Part shown: in pieces, positions 26,530 to 39,204 of the stretch
How positions within the stretch are numbered: position 1 is the first letter of the stretch
Layout of the letters: every line of letters begins with the position of its first letter
Source: Octopus vulgaris
Taxonomy: Eukaryota
Length of the DNA stretch: 64,000 nucleotides
NCBI GenBank assembly: GCA_951406725.2
Contig: OX597822.1
Location: forward strand, 22,878,001 to 22,942,000
Direction: 5' to 3'
Notes under the pieces: generated by a model
Database searches by the model: none
The model's input: only the letters and a program-made list of their open reading frames with translations
What the model was told of the DNA's origin: nothing
Position numbers and translations under genes: made by a program

Positions 26530-27695
26530 TCCTTTGCTTTCGTCTTTCTTATTTCTGTGTCTCTCCTTACTAACGGTCAGCCATAGCCATTTTTTCATTG
26601 AAACAATGGCATGGTTTGACAGGAGCAGCACCAGGTTTCATTGTCTGTTTTGGGTTGGTTACTATGACTGGATGACCTTTTTAACACCAACCACTTTACA
26701 GGCTTTTCTGGGTGCTTTTTACATAACACCAGCACCAATGCTTTCTATGTGGAACCAACCTGAGTCCTTTTTATGTGGCACCAGCACCTGCATCCATTCT
26801 GCTGTGGTAGACATTTTGAGTACAGCAAGGTGCCAGATATCTCGGTCCTTAGTCATATCCACATGCACGCATGCACTCACTCGCTCACCAAAGCCTTGTG
26901 GGTGGAAACTGAAAGAAGCCTGTCATGTATATATACGTATATATTTATGTGTCTGTTGTCTCCCTACAATTGCTTGACAACCACTGTTGCATCCCTGTAA
27001 CTTAGTGGTTCAGCTAAAGAAACCCATGGAATAAGTACTAGGCTTACAAAGAGTAAGTCCTGGGGTCATTTTGTTCAACTAAGACCCTTAAAAGGCAGTG
27101 CTCCAGTATGGCTGCAGTCAAATGACTGAAATGAGTAAAAGATTTAAAGAATACTCTATATTTTGTCTATCAAATTCACTCATAAGGCATTGATGGCCTG
27201 GGGCTATGGCAGAGGAAACTTGTCTAAAGTACCATGCAGTGGGACTGAACCTGAAACCACATACTTACAAGGTGAAGCTGGTGTTTCACACACCTGCCTA
27301 ACCCTTTTGTTACCAACCTGGCTGAAACTGGCTCTCACTACAAATGTCTTGTTTTCATAAGTTTTGAATTAAAATCTTACACCAAACCGTAGTCATAATA
27401 TATGTTCCTAACACTAGCTTAATGATGACTAAATTATTTTACTAAATTCTTCATATTTAAAGTAATTGAAAGAAATACTGAGCATCTCAAAATAAATACA
27501 GTAACAAAAGGGTTAATAATGACAGTGATTTTACTAGATTCATTATTTTCAAAATTAATTGAAACAGAGACAGTGTATTTCAACAGAAATATGGTAACAA
27601 AAGGGTTAATTACTTCTTGTTAATTTTTTTCTTTGGTAGTTGTGAAGTATTTTTCACTATGATCTAAAGTTTGTAAACATTTTCTTAATTTGTAG

Positions 27696-27784
27696 GTTTA
27701 TCTTGTGTATGCAATCCAGGATACAAATATACCAAAAACATGGCACCCCGAGCAGTAAATTGTGTAAAATGTGGAGCAAACCAG
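27696..27784 (+). CDS. TMEM67: TMEM67 exon 2
   Basis: tgtag|GT; (G)LSCVCNPGYKYTKNMAPRAVNCVKCGANQ; CAG|gtaagt; phases 1 to 0. Confidence 0.92.
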
Positions 27785-28049
27785 GTAAGTTTGAATGAAT
27801 TGCGACTGGCGAAATCCTTATTACCTTACTGTTTAAAGGACCATAACCCTTTTTATTACAATGCATCAGTTTTTTGTTTCAGGTGTGGGTATGTGGTAAG
27901 AAGCTTGCTTCCCAACCACATGGTTCCAAGTTTAGTTCCACTGCATGGCTACCTTGAGCAGGGGTCTTATTCTATAGCATTGGGCTAACTGAAGCCTTGT
28001 GAGTGGTTTGATAGATGGAAACTGAGAGAAACTGATGTGTGTGTGTATA

Positions 28050-28581
28050 AATATACTTTATTTAAAGCAGCAGAAAATTCAATAAAACCTGTTACTCTGA
28101 GTTTCACGTTCCAGTTCGTTGGACAGTTTTTGCTAGAATAGAACCTATATGTCAATTCTATCCAGACTAGTATAAACGCTACACCTTTAAAAATGGACTT
28201 GTTTGATTGGTCCTTTACAAATAACGGTCAATTTTCGAGCGATAAACAAAAATGATCTCAAAAAAGAAAAAAAATATATATATATATATATATAAAATTC
28301 GAGGAAAAAACCTTACAGCAAATTCCTCGAATTTTATAATTTTTTATATATATATATATATTTATATTTTTGAGCTCATTTTTGTTTATCGCTTGAAAAT
28401 TGACCATTATTTGTAAAGAACCAATCAAACAAGTCCATTTTTAAAGGTGTAGCGTTTATACTAGTCTGAATAGAATTGACATATCGGTTCTATTCTAGCA
28501 AAAACTGTCCGACGAATGGGAACGTGAAACTCAGTGTAACAGGTTTTGTTGAATTTTCTGCTGCTTTAAATAAAGCATATT
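28050..28581. repeat. ~530-bp near-perfect palindrome (fold-back, 16-nt loop 28307-28322)
   Basis: Arms are reverse complements over ~255 bp, each with a hammerhead-like motif. Confidence 0.95.
28506..28541 (+). ncRNA. Minimal hammerhead-like motif (CCGACGA core); mutated mirror copy at 28090-28125 (-)
   Basis: tgt CCGACGA atg-ggaa-cgt GAAA ctcagtg TA aca; the other arm has ctcagag in stem III but CCAACGA in the core. Confidence 0.65.
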
Positions 28582-28737
28582 ACCCTACCACTGGTATTTG
28601 AGTACTCTTTTTTTCCACCTTGTTTACTCCGGTAAATATATATATAATTAGATAATAAGGGTAGAAACTGATATTAATCAATTAAAACCAATGGCTTAGC
28701 ATATTTAAAAAATCTGAAGATTAAAAATTGTGTTACA

Positions 28738-29153
28738 TAGGTGCAGGTGTAGCTGTGTGGTAAGTAGCTTGTTTACCAACCACATGGTTCCGGGTTCAGT
28801 CCCACTGCGTGGCACCTTGGGCAAGTGTCTTCTAATATAGCCTCGGGCCGACCAAAGCCTTGTGAGTGGATTTGGTAGACGGAAACTGAAAAAAGCCCGT
28901 CGTATATATATATATATATGTATATATGTGCGTGTGTGTGTTTGTGTGTCTGTGTTTGTCCCTCTAACATTGCTTGACAACCGATGCTGGTGTGTTTATG
29001 TCCCCGTTACTTAGCGGTTCGGCAAAAGAGACCGATAGAATAAGTACTGGGCTTACAAAAGAATAAGTCCCGGGGTCAAGTTGCTCGATTAAAGGCGGTG
29101 CTCCAGCATGGCCGCAGTCAAATGACTGAAACACGTAAAAGAGTAAAGAGAGT
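28738..29153 (+). mobile_element. SINE family B, full length; other copies ~25345-25782 (-), ~40005-40385 (-), ~47636-47992 (-), ~53362-53772 (+)
   Basis: tRNA-like head (tggctgtgtggt...ggttcagtccc), internal (TA)n(TG)n, 3' ggtgctccagcatggccgcagtc...gtaaaagag tail. Confidence 0.88.
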
Positions 29154-30022
29154 ATACAAAATTAAGAGGAATGACCACTAAAGTGGACACCTAATGACGT
29201 CAAATCGCCATTATCATGAAGAATGTGTTCTCAAGAAAAATTTCAGCAAAATGCCAACATGTAAAAATGAGTAAGACAAATGAAACTATACAAAATAAAA
29301 AACAATTACCTACGTACCGATGGTTTCACTTGTTAATGTCTATGTATGCAAACATGCAGATATCTGCAAGATCGTCAGCGTAGTCTGTCTCTTACAAAAC
29401 ACACAATTTCCAGAACTAGATACAGAATGCTCAACTGAAATCGAGTATGTATAAAGTTCTACAAATTATATTTGGGTGTATTTTTCAAATGTCTTCACTT
29501 TGGCATGCTGAGGCTGGCAATTACTCTGCAGTTAATAAATTTCAGTAGCCAATTTACCGGTTAGAGAACATTTTTTATTTAAAATTAATTAATAAGGGTA
29601 GAAATTGATATTAATCAATTAAAACCAGTGGCTTAGCATATTAAAAAAAGTCCGAAGATTAAAGATTGTGTTACATACAAAATTAAGAGGAATGACCACT
29701 AATGTGGACACCTAATATGCTGGTGGCACATGAAAAGCACCATCCAAATGTGGTCAATGCCAGTGCCCCCTGACTGTCTCCCATGCTAGTGGCACATAAA
29801 AAACACCCAGTACACTCTCAGAGTGGTTGGTGTTAGGAAGGGCATTCAGCTGTTGAAACCATACCAGATCAGATTGGAGCCTGGTGCAGCCTCAGTTAAA
29901 CTGTCCAGCCTATGCCATCATAGAAAGCAGCCATTAAACGATGATGATGATGATATATGATGTTGGATGCAATATATATTGACCATCTGAAAGACTTAGT
30001 CTTTTTCTTGTATTCTTTACAG

Positions 30023-30119
30023 GTCACTTCAGAAGATGGTTGGAGTTGTATCTACTGTCACAACGATACTTTGTCAAGCAACAATAAATGTGCATCGTGT
30101 ATAGGCAAGAATATAACAG
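30023..30119 (+). CDS. TMEM67: TMEM67 exon 3
   Basis: tttacag|; VTSEDGWSCIYCHNDTLSSNNKCASCIGKNIT (cf. meckelin 'TEDGWNCISC'); G|gtaaaa; phases 0 to 1. Confidence 0.92.
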
Positions 30120-31435
30120 GTAAAAATAGCTTATTCTTATTAACTACTTTATTCTCATACCTTATGATTTAGTGAACACTTAGTGTCTGCTTATCTGAAA
30201 TCTGTGTTTCAATTGCTATCAACAACTTAAAGATAACTTTAATTGCCATCACTGTATTTTATTGGGGAGAAATAATAAACCAAGAAAACAGCTGTTACTA
30301 ATTGTTGATTGTGTTTCTACTGAACTTTCAGTGTCATCTTTGCTTTAACCCTTTAGCATTCAGATCACTTTGTCAAATGCAGTGCTTATTCATTCACATT
30401 GTTTTGAATTAATCATGCATTAATGACATTGTAGGATAGGTGTGAGAGGCCAGATGTAACTACTTTGAACATAAAACAAGTAAAATATTCAAGCCAGTTA
30501 GGGCTGGTTTAAATGCTAAGGGGTTGAAGGAAAAAATAACCAGTCGTAAATAGAATAGGTTAAAAGTCACTTTGTTTGAAGGGTTTTAGTCAACAGGGTG
30601 ATTCAAAAGCCCCTTTAGGGTGTGTGTGTGTGTGTGCATTGCTTCCCAACCACATGGTCCCGGTTCCGGGTTCAGTCCCACTGTGTGGCACCTTGTGCAA
30701 GTGTCTTCAACTATAGCTTCAGGCTGACCAAAGCCTTGTGAGTGGATTTGGTAGATGGAAACCGAAAGAAGCCAGTTTTATACATATCTGCGATCCTCTG
30801 ACTGTGAGACCGCTGCCCTAACCACTGGGCCATTGCGCCTCCACCCTTGTTCTAGCACCTGTTTAATAATGACAAGGTTAATTTTACCAAATTCTTTGTT
30901 ATTGCCAAAACAATGTATTTTGACAGAAATGTGGTAACAAAAGTGTTAAAGTTATTACCCAATTAAAGAAAATGTATTATTCACTTCACTCACCAGGTGT
31001 GTGACTTAGTGCTTAGGGTATTCAGCTCGTGATTGTAAGGCCTAAAGTTCAATTCCCAGCAGTGCATTGTGTTCTTGAGCAAGACACTTTATTTCACGTT
31101 ACTCCAGTCCACTCAGCTGGCAAAAGTGAGTTGTATCTGTCATTCAGAGAGCCAGCTTTGTCAGATTCTGTATCATTCTGAATTTCCATGAGAATTATGT
31201 TAAGAGCATGCATATATGTGGAGTATTCAACCACTTGCACATTAGTTTCATGAGCAGGCTGTTCTGTTGATCAATTCAAGTGGAACACTCGTTATCATAA
31301 CCAACAAAAATCCAGGCCATTATTCTTATTCATTTCACATGGTTCCAGTGCATGCGTTTGACTTAATTTATAAATAAATTAACTTTTTTTTTAACAGCTT
31401 GCTAATTGCATTGTCTTTGTCTTTCTGAGATACAG

Positions 31436-31541
31436 TGGAGAGAAAATTGGATGGGGAATGGATTAAAAATTTCCAGGATCAGGCTGTCCAAAACTGTGTA
31501 CCATGTAAAGGAAATACCATACCCAATGGTGCAAAAAACAG
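31436..31541 (+). CDS. TMEM67: TMEM67 exon 4
   Basis: tacag|; (V)ERKLDGEWIKNFQDQAVQNCVPCKGNTIPNGAKN(R) (cf. 'VERDINGT'); ends AG|gcatgt (GC donor), phase 2. Confidence 0.85.
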
Positions 31542-33998
31542 GCATGTATTCAAAATACTTGATTAATTTTCACAGTGTAATTGATAAATTAATGTGTTTT
31601 GTTGACATAAACCTTCAACATTCAGGTTATTTTGTTAAATGTAATGCTTAGTTATTCACATTGTTTTGAATTTATCATCTATTATCTTGTAGCTTTGATA
31701 TATTGATGATATAATTGTTTATTTAAAGAATGACATTGCAGGGTAAGTGTGAGAGGTTTGAACATTGCTGGGTAAGTGGCCAGTTCGAACATAAAACAGG
31801 TAGAACATCTGAGCCTGATATGGCCAGTTTAAATGCTAAAGGGTTATTGTTAGAAATGAACTCACACACAAGCATATGCACACACACACACAGACACAAG
31901 CATGCACACTAACATGGATAGGGCACACAGAAGAACAAACACACATATATCCCACTGTATAGCAGCTTGGGAAAGTGTCTCCTACTGTAGTCCTGGGGAT
32001 TGATCAAAGCCTTGTGAGGGGATTTGGCAGATGGAAACTGAAAGAAGCCTCTGTGTGTGTGCATGCTTATGTGTCTGTGTGCTTGCTTGAGTGTCTGTGT
32101 GATTGTCTCCTTGCCTTGATATCATGTAATAATTGTAAACGATTGTCACCATCCTGCAAGCAGAGTCTTCCATTCCCAATCATCCATGAAGGCTATCTGG
32201 CTATTGGGAAATGTTTCCTTGCTTAGAAAGAACTAACAGTTGGCAACAAGAAGGGCATTCGACTGCAGAAAACCAGCCTCAAAAAAATTCCATTCAGCTT
32301 ATATGAATATGGAAAAGTGGATGTAAAAACGCTGATGATGATGTGTGTCATCATCATCATTATCATCATTTAAAATCTGCTTTCCTTGCTGGAGTGGGCT
32401 TGACGGTTTGACAGGGGCTGGTTAGATAGAAGACTGCACCAGGCTTCACTGTCTGTTTTGGCATGGCTTTTTATGGCTGGATACCCTTCCTAACACCAAC
32501 CACTTGATGGAGTGTGTGAGAGAGATTTTGTGTTGTTTAACTTATCTGCACATATGTATTCACTCACTGATTGTAAACAGTGGTTCCACTCATGGTGTCA
32601 TTTGCTTGTAGTCCACTGTGAAAACATGTCCAGGCTGTTTGTTGTTCATTAACACTTTAGCATTTAAACCGACCATATTTTATCAGTTTTGTGTTCAAAC
32701 AAGCCAGATCCAATCTCTCATACCTACTCTACAATGTCATTCTGAAAATACAACAATCACATCATTGAAATTTGAAAGTTATGAGATAATACATGCTTAA
32801 TTCAGAACAAGCTTTACATTTGACAGAATAATCTAAATGCTAAAGGGTTATACTAGAAGGTTGTTATCTCACCTTGAAATAACTTAGGTGTTAGTGATAG
32901 GAAGAACATTTGGCTAAAGAAAACTCTGGCTTATTCTTATCTGATTCATGCAAGTATGGAAAAGTAGTTATTGAAATAATGATGGTGGCAATGGTGATCG
33001 TTATGATGATAGTGTTTGATGCGAGATTGGTTTAACTGTATTGCCATCTCTGTGCTGCTACTTTCCACTCCTCCTGAGTACTGCTTCCAGTCAGCATCTG
33101 TCCCATAATCTTATTGGATCCCACTAGTATTGGCCACCCTCATCCCTGTTCATTCCCTATATACATCTGACCTGCTTCACCTCATGTTTATATCCTCCTC
33201 ACTCTTATAACTTTACCCACTGCCGTCCTTGGTTCTTCTGTATCCATGCTCTCTTCTAGACATGTTCCTATCAAGGTATGTTCAGGTACCTTGTCGTCAC
33301 CATCTTTACCTCTATTTGTGTCCTACTGCAGCCCCTCTCATCCACCCATGTAAAATATGAGGTGGTCATTGAATGTCTTCTCCAACAGTAAACCTGTTTC
33401 TGCCTTCCCACTCCCCTCATACTTTAGCTTTTCAATATCTTGCTTAAAGTATCCACTTTGACCCCTATCCTCCATCTCACTTAAAGAGGATGGGGTCTCT
33501 CCATAATATGTGTACATATGTATTTATGTGTATATATATATATATATATAATAGAGACCCCCTGCAGTCACAAATGACCATGGGATTGCTCCTTGAAAAT
33601 TCCTTTATGAGGTACAAGTCCAGGTAAGGTTGTTTGTGGAAAACCAGCAGTTGCCCATGCATACTAGTCTCTCCTCTCCACACTGATGTTGTCCAAGGGA
33701 AAAGTGAAGTGTCTTCTGCAAAATACACACACACGCACACATTATATGTCTATATGTATGTATTTTTAAGGAGACACTTGGTCAAGGTGCCATGCTGTGG
33801 GAGTGAAACCATAACTAACTGGTTAGGAAGCAAGCTTCCACACAACTTCCTTATAAATAGTCAGTTAAACTGAAGTGGATACTTGCAAATACCTGGTAAT
33901 TATGGAATCATGTATATCTTGTTAAAATAGAAATATAAAATCCTAAAACAGATTAAAGACTTTGATTTGAAGTAAAAATGGCTTTGCTTATCGTTTAG

Positions 33999-34071
33999 GT
34001 GTGTCCGGTGTACACAGATCCTGTCAGTATTACCAAATTATGCAAACTGTACTTGTCCACGTTCAAATAAG
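33999..34071 (+). CDS. TMEM67: TMEM67 exon 5
   Basis: tttag|; (R)CVRCTQILSVLPNYANCTCPRSNK (cf. 'DRCVRC...CAC'); AAG|gtaatg; phases 2 to 0. Confidence 0.9.
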
Positions 34072-36274
34072 GTAATGTATGACAATCATTTTCACTGATT
34101 TTTGTTTTCTTAAATTATTGCTTTAACATCCATCTTATCATGCTTGCACGGATTGGATGGAAGTTGTTCAGATAGATTTTTTTTAATGGCTGGATGCTGT
34201 TCCTGTCACCAACCCTCATCTCTGTTCCCAAGCAAGGTAGTATTTCCTCATGACCAGAGGTTATACTTTCATGGATATTGGGGAACAAAGGACACTGCCT
34301 GCAACTATCATGTGATGTCAAGGCAAGGAGGCAGTAACACACACACATACATTCATATATATATATACATGCATACATACAAACATACATAGACCTACAT
34401 ACATACATGCATGTGAAGGCGCATGGCACAGTGGTTAGAGCATTGGGCTCACAATCACGAGGTAGCGAGTTCGACTCCTGGACTGGACTGTGTGTTGTGC
34501 TCTTGAGCAAGACACTTTATTTCACATTGCTCCAATTCACTCAGCAGTAGAAATGAGTTGCGACATCACTGGTGCCAATCTGTATCAGTGTTTGCCTTTC
34601 CCTTGGATAACATCAGTGGTGTGGAGAGGGGAGGTATGCATGGACTGCTGGTTTGCATGGGCAACTGCTGACCAAAGGGGGTCTTTAGCTTTTACCCTCT
34701 GTATATATTTTAAATATTTAGCTGAAGAAGGGCAGTGAGTTGGCAGAATCTTTAGCATGCCAGGCAAAATGCTTAACGGCATTTCATCCCTCTTTGCATT
34801 CTGGGTTCAAATTCTGCCGAGGTCAATTTTTGCCTTTCACCTTTTCGGGTCAATAAAATAAGTACTAGTTGAGGACTGGGATCGATGTAATCAGCTTATC
34901 CAATTCCTTCAAACTTGCTGGCCTTGTGCCAAAATTTGAAACTAATATTTAGCAGAAGAGTGACCCAAGGTTTGAGAGTTTTGTGCATTAGCACTTATTA
35001 AACTAGTTACAAATCAAGGGGTTACAAATTTATATACTATTGATAATGATATTTCCTTGGATTGTTCTATCACAAGGCTTTGGTTGACTTGGTGACTGTG
35101 GTAGAAAATATTTTCCCAATGTGCCATATAGTGAGACTGAACTCAAAACCATGTGCTTGGGAAGCAAATTCTTTATTATCCAGCCATGCCTTCTAAATCT
35201 TACAGAATAAGTAGTTGTCTAAAAGTATTAAAGGGTACCATGGTCATTATCACTACCATACCCCTTAACCACCTCCACTGTGCTCCTCATTAAAGTTTTA
35301 TGGTCTGATATTTTCCAGGTTTCCCTGGCATTTGCAAGTTTATGTCCATTTAATTGTATGGATACTCAGGCATAGCAGTGCAGTTGAGATGTTTGTTTCC
35401 CAACCACATGGTTTTAGGTTCAGTCCCACTGCATAGCTGTTTGAGCAAGTGTCATCTACTAAAGCTCTAGGCCGACCAAAGCATATTGAGTGGATTTGTT
35501 GGATGGAAATTGAAAGAAGCCTGTTCCTGTGTGTGGTGTATCCTTGTCTTGGCATCATGTGATAGCTGTTAGCGAGTGTCACCACCATAAAAGCAGTGTC
35601 TTTGTTTCCAGTCTTCTGTGAAAACATGTCTGGCCTTGGGGAGATATTACTTTGCTTTGAAAGAAGTAACTGTTGACAACAGAAAGGGCATCCAGCCATA
35701 GAAAACCTCTCAATAAATTCCTGCTGGACCCATAAAAGTATGGAAAAGTGAACATTAAAACAACGATGACAACAACAATTCAGATTTCCATTTAAAGGAC
35801 CATTTCCTTAGCTTCCAAGTAATGAACCTTACTATCCCCTTTTTCATCTCATTCCCTGTACTCATGACTAAAACATAAATTAATTAAACACTGATGAGAA
35901 GGCATCATTGAAGTCAGAAAGGAGAAAGTCTTCCAAAAGCAACAACGGCATTTCTATTTAACCCTTTCGTTACCAACCCGGCTGAAACCAGCTCTAGCTT
36001 TGAGTACAAATGTCTTGTTTTCATAAGTTTTGAATTAAAATCTGCCACCAAACCTTAGTCACAATTTATGTTCCTAACACTAACTGAATGATGACTAAGT
36101 TATTTTACTAAATTCTTTGTTATATTTAAAGTAATTGAAAGAAACACAGAACATCTCAAAATAAATACAGTAACAAAAGGATTAAAGGGTCATTTCCTTA
36201 GCCTCTTAGTAATGAATCTCACTATCCCGTCTTCATTTCACTCCCTGTACTTGTGTCCAAAACATAAATTAATT

Positions 36275-37433
36275 ATATACTAGGTGACCAAGTCAGCAGC
36301 GGGGGCGGGTGTGCTGAAAGTGTAACTGCTAGAGTAAGAATAGCTTGGGCAAAGTTCAGAGAGCTCTTACCTCTGCTGGTGACAAAAGGCCTCTCGCACA
36401 GAGTGAAAGGCAGACTATGATGCGTGTGTACGAACAGCCATGCTACATGGCAGTGAAACATGGGCCGTGACTGCTGAGGATATGCGTAAGCTCGCAAGAA
36501 ATGAAGCCAGTATGCTCCGATGGATGTGTAATGTCAGTACTCATACTCGGCAGAGTGTAAGTACCTTGAGAGAAAAGCTGGACCTAAGAAGCATCAGTTG
36601 TGGTGTGCAAGAGAGACGTTTGCGCTGGTATGGTCATGTGGCGAGAATGGATGAAGATAGTTGTGTGAAAAAGTGCCACACCCTAGCGGTTGAGGGAACC
36701 TGTGGAAGAGGCAGACCCAGGAAAACCTGGGACGAGGTGGTGAAGCACGACCTTCGAACTTTAGGTCTCACTGAGGAAATGACTAGAGACCGAGTCCTCT
36801 GGAAGTGTGCTGTGCGCGAGAAGACCTGGCAGGACAAGTGAGTCCATAACCCGTGGCCTTCTACATGGGATGGAGCCAGCCTACGTATGCATACCTTCCC
36901 TTCTTGGGACACAAAACTCTACTTGTGAAGACCTGTTGAGGCAAGTGAGGATCAGAATCGAAATCGATCAATGGAAATTGCAGATGTGTTACCAGTGCCG
37001 GTGGCATGTCAAAACTCTACTTGTGAAGACCCGTTGAGGCAAGTGAGGATCAGAATGGAAATCGATCAATGGAAATTGCAGATGTGTTACCAGTGCCGGT
37101 GGCATGTAAGAGAACCTTCCGTTTCGCGACCGTTGCCAGCACCGCCCCGTTTCGTGTCCGTTGCCAGCCTTGCCTGGCCCTCGTGCCGGTGGCACATAAA
37201 AAGCACCATCCGTTCGTGGCCGTTTGCCAGCTCTGTCTGGCACCTGTGCGGGTGGCACGTAAAAAGCACCCACTACACTCACGGAGTGGTTGGCGTTAGG
37301 AAGGGCATCCAGCCGTAGAAACACTGCCAGATTTGACTGGGCCTGATGAAGCCTTCTGGCTTCACAGACCCCAGTAGAACCGTCCAACCCATGCTAGCAT
37401 GGAAAACGGACGCTAAACGATGATGATGATGAT
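36275..37433 (+). mobile_element. 5'-truncated copy of the same RTE LINE family (TMEM67 intron 5)
   Basis: MLHGSETWAVTAEDMRKLARNEASMLRW...GRGRPRKTW is nearly identical to 9901-10450; same 3' UTR and (GAT)n tail. Confidence 0.95.
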
Positions 37434-37518
37434 ACTGATTACAAGATGACATTAAAATCATGCAGAGTCTCCCAGAGATCTATGAAATATTCTACTGATG
37501 TTTTGTTTTTTTCTTCAG

Positions 37519-37587
37519 GTTGGAGATGTTTGTTTCCAAAAGAAAAGTGATATCATAGCAAAGCCATCTTACTACATACGATTGAGT
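37519..37587 (+). CDS. TMEM67: TMEM67 exon 6
   Basis: ttcttcag|; VGDVCFQKKSDIIAKPSYYIRLS (cf. 'GGLCF'); |gtaaga. Confidence 0.8.
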
Positions 37588-38377
37588 GTAAGAAATATCT
37601 TCATTTATTTATTGAATTATTTATCTATTTCATGTTAATTCCTCCAATTAGTAGCATCTAGTTTTGCAATAAAGAAGTAAGAGAGAGTAAAAAGAGGAAA
37701 AAGGCCCAAAAGAAAGAGTAAGAATAAATTATAATTTCCCATTCCTCACAGCAATTTATTTAATATTCCATAACCTCTCTTTTTGATATCTTTTTAACTT
37801 CAGGATTGTCTCCTGCTTGTGCTAAAATTATTTAACTAATATTAATCAATGGTTAATATTCTTTTTTTCTTTACCACATAATTACCACTTGTTAGATTTT
37901 ATTTTAATACTCCACTTGTATTAAATATATAAATACTAACTTAATTATTTTTTTTTTGTGCAGTTGACATCTTTGAGTAATTTATTCTTTAAACATTTCC
38001 TTGTCAATCAGTAAATCCTAAACATTTTACTTAGTGGTTCTCCCATCACTGCTTCAGTAAACAGGTGAAAGCTATACTTTACTGATGAGGTCATAATAAG
38101 ACTGGAGGTTTTTTTAGAGTTGCCTCCCGTACTGGCTGAAATAAATATATTATTACTCAGTGGCAGTCTCTGTATCCTGTTTAACATGGATGTATTATAA
38201 GAGTGCCATAATACTGCAGAATTTGTCCTGAGAAAATCTCTTGTGTAGACTCTACTGTATATAAGCATCTATCCCTCTGTTTGCTTCTCTCTCTCTCTCT
38301 CTCTGGCTAAGTAAGACTTGATTTTAAGCCATTGGGTGTCAGCCCAATCATGAATTTGGTTTAATGGTATTATATTC

Positions 38378-39204
38378 CTCCAAGTAAGTTTTGTTATTTA
38401 TAATTGTGACGCGAATCTCTACAACTCTTTGCTTGACCTTCTCTTCCTTTCCTATCTCCCTCTCTCTCACTCCTCCTCCTCATCTCTTTCTCACAGCCGC
38501 TTGTCTTCCTCTATCTTTCTCTCCCTACTCCTCCTCATCTCTTTCACAGCCGGGCGAGTTGCTTCCTTTCGCCACTGGCATTCTAACAGTGAACACTGTT
38601 CTTCTAGCGCTCTTACAATCTTTCCTCGTGTAGGCCAGCATTAAGGCCCTCATTGTCTGTTTTCTTGTTTGTTTTATTCTTGTACTGTATTTTTCGTAAC
38701 TTGTAATTTTATTCTGTATTTTTATTATTTGTATTTTTATTTTGTATTTTATTTTATTTGTATCATTTTTTTGTCACATGTTTAACTTTCCTTGTTTTTA
38801 CCCCTCTGCGAAGTAATTTTTTAAAATTCCTTCGCAGGAAGGACTAGTTCCACGAGTCGTGTTCTGTCCAACCTTTGAAACACGCTAGAGTTGAACTAGG
38901 GACAGCTGATGAACGGGATTTTTCCTTGTGCAGTTTGTCTTGTACTCTGTTTTTTTCGTTTAGGTCCGTTTCCACGTTTGTTTTTACGTTTTCGTTTCTC
39001 GTTGAGTTCTACGTCTATTTGTGGTGTCCTGTACTTACGTATATATATTTATATATATGCATGTATATATACATGTAGATGTAGGTACGTACATATATGT
39101 ATGTATGCATATATTTTATTTATTACACTATTGTATGACTGAGCGCCCTCGCGTCGATCCGATCCGATTCGTTTTCGTTTCCTTTCATCTCCAAGTAAGT
39201 TTTG

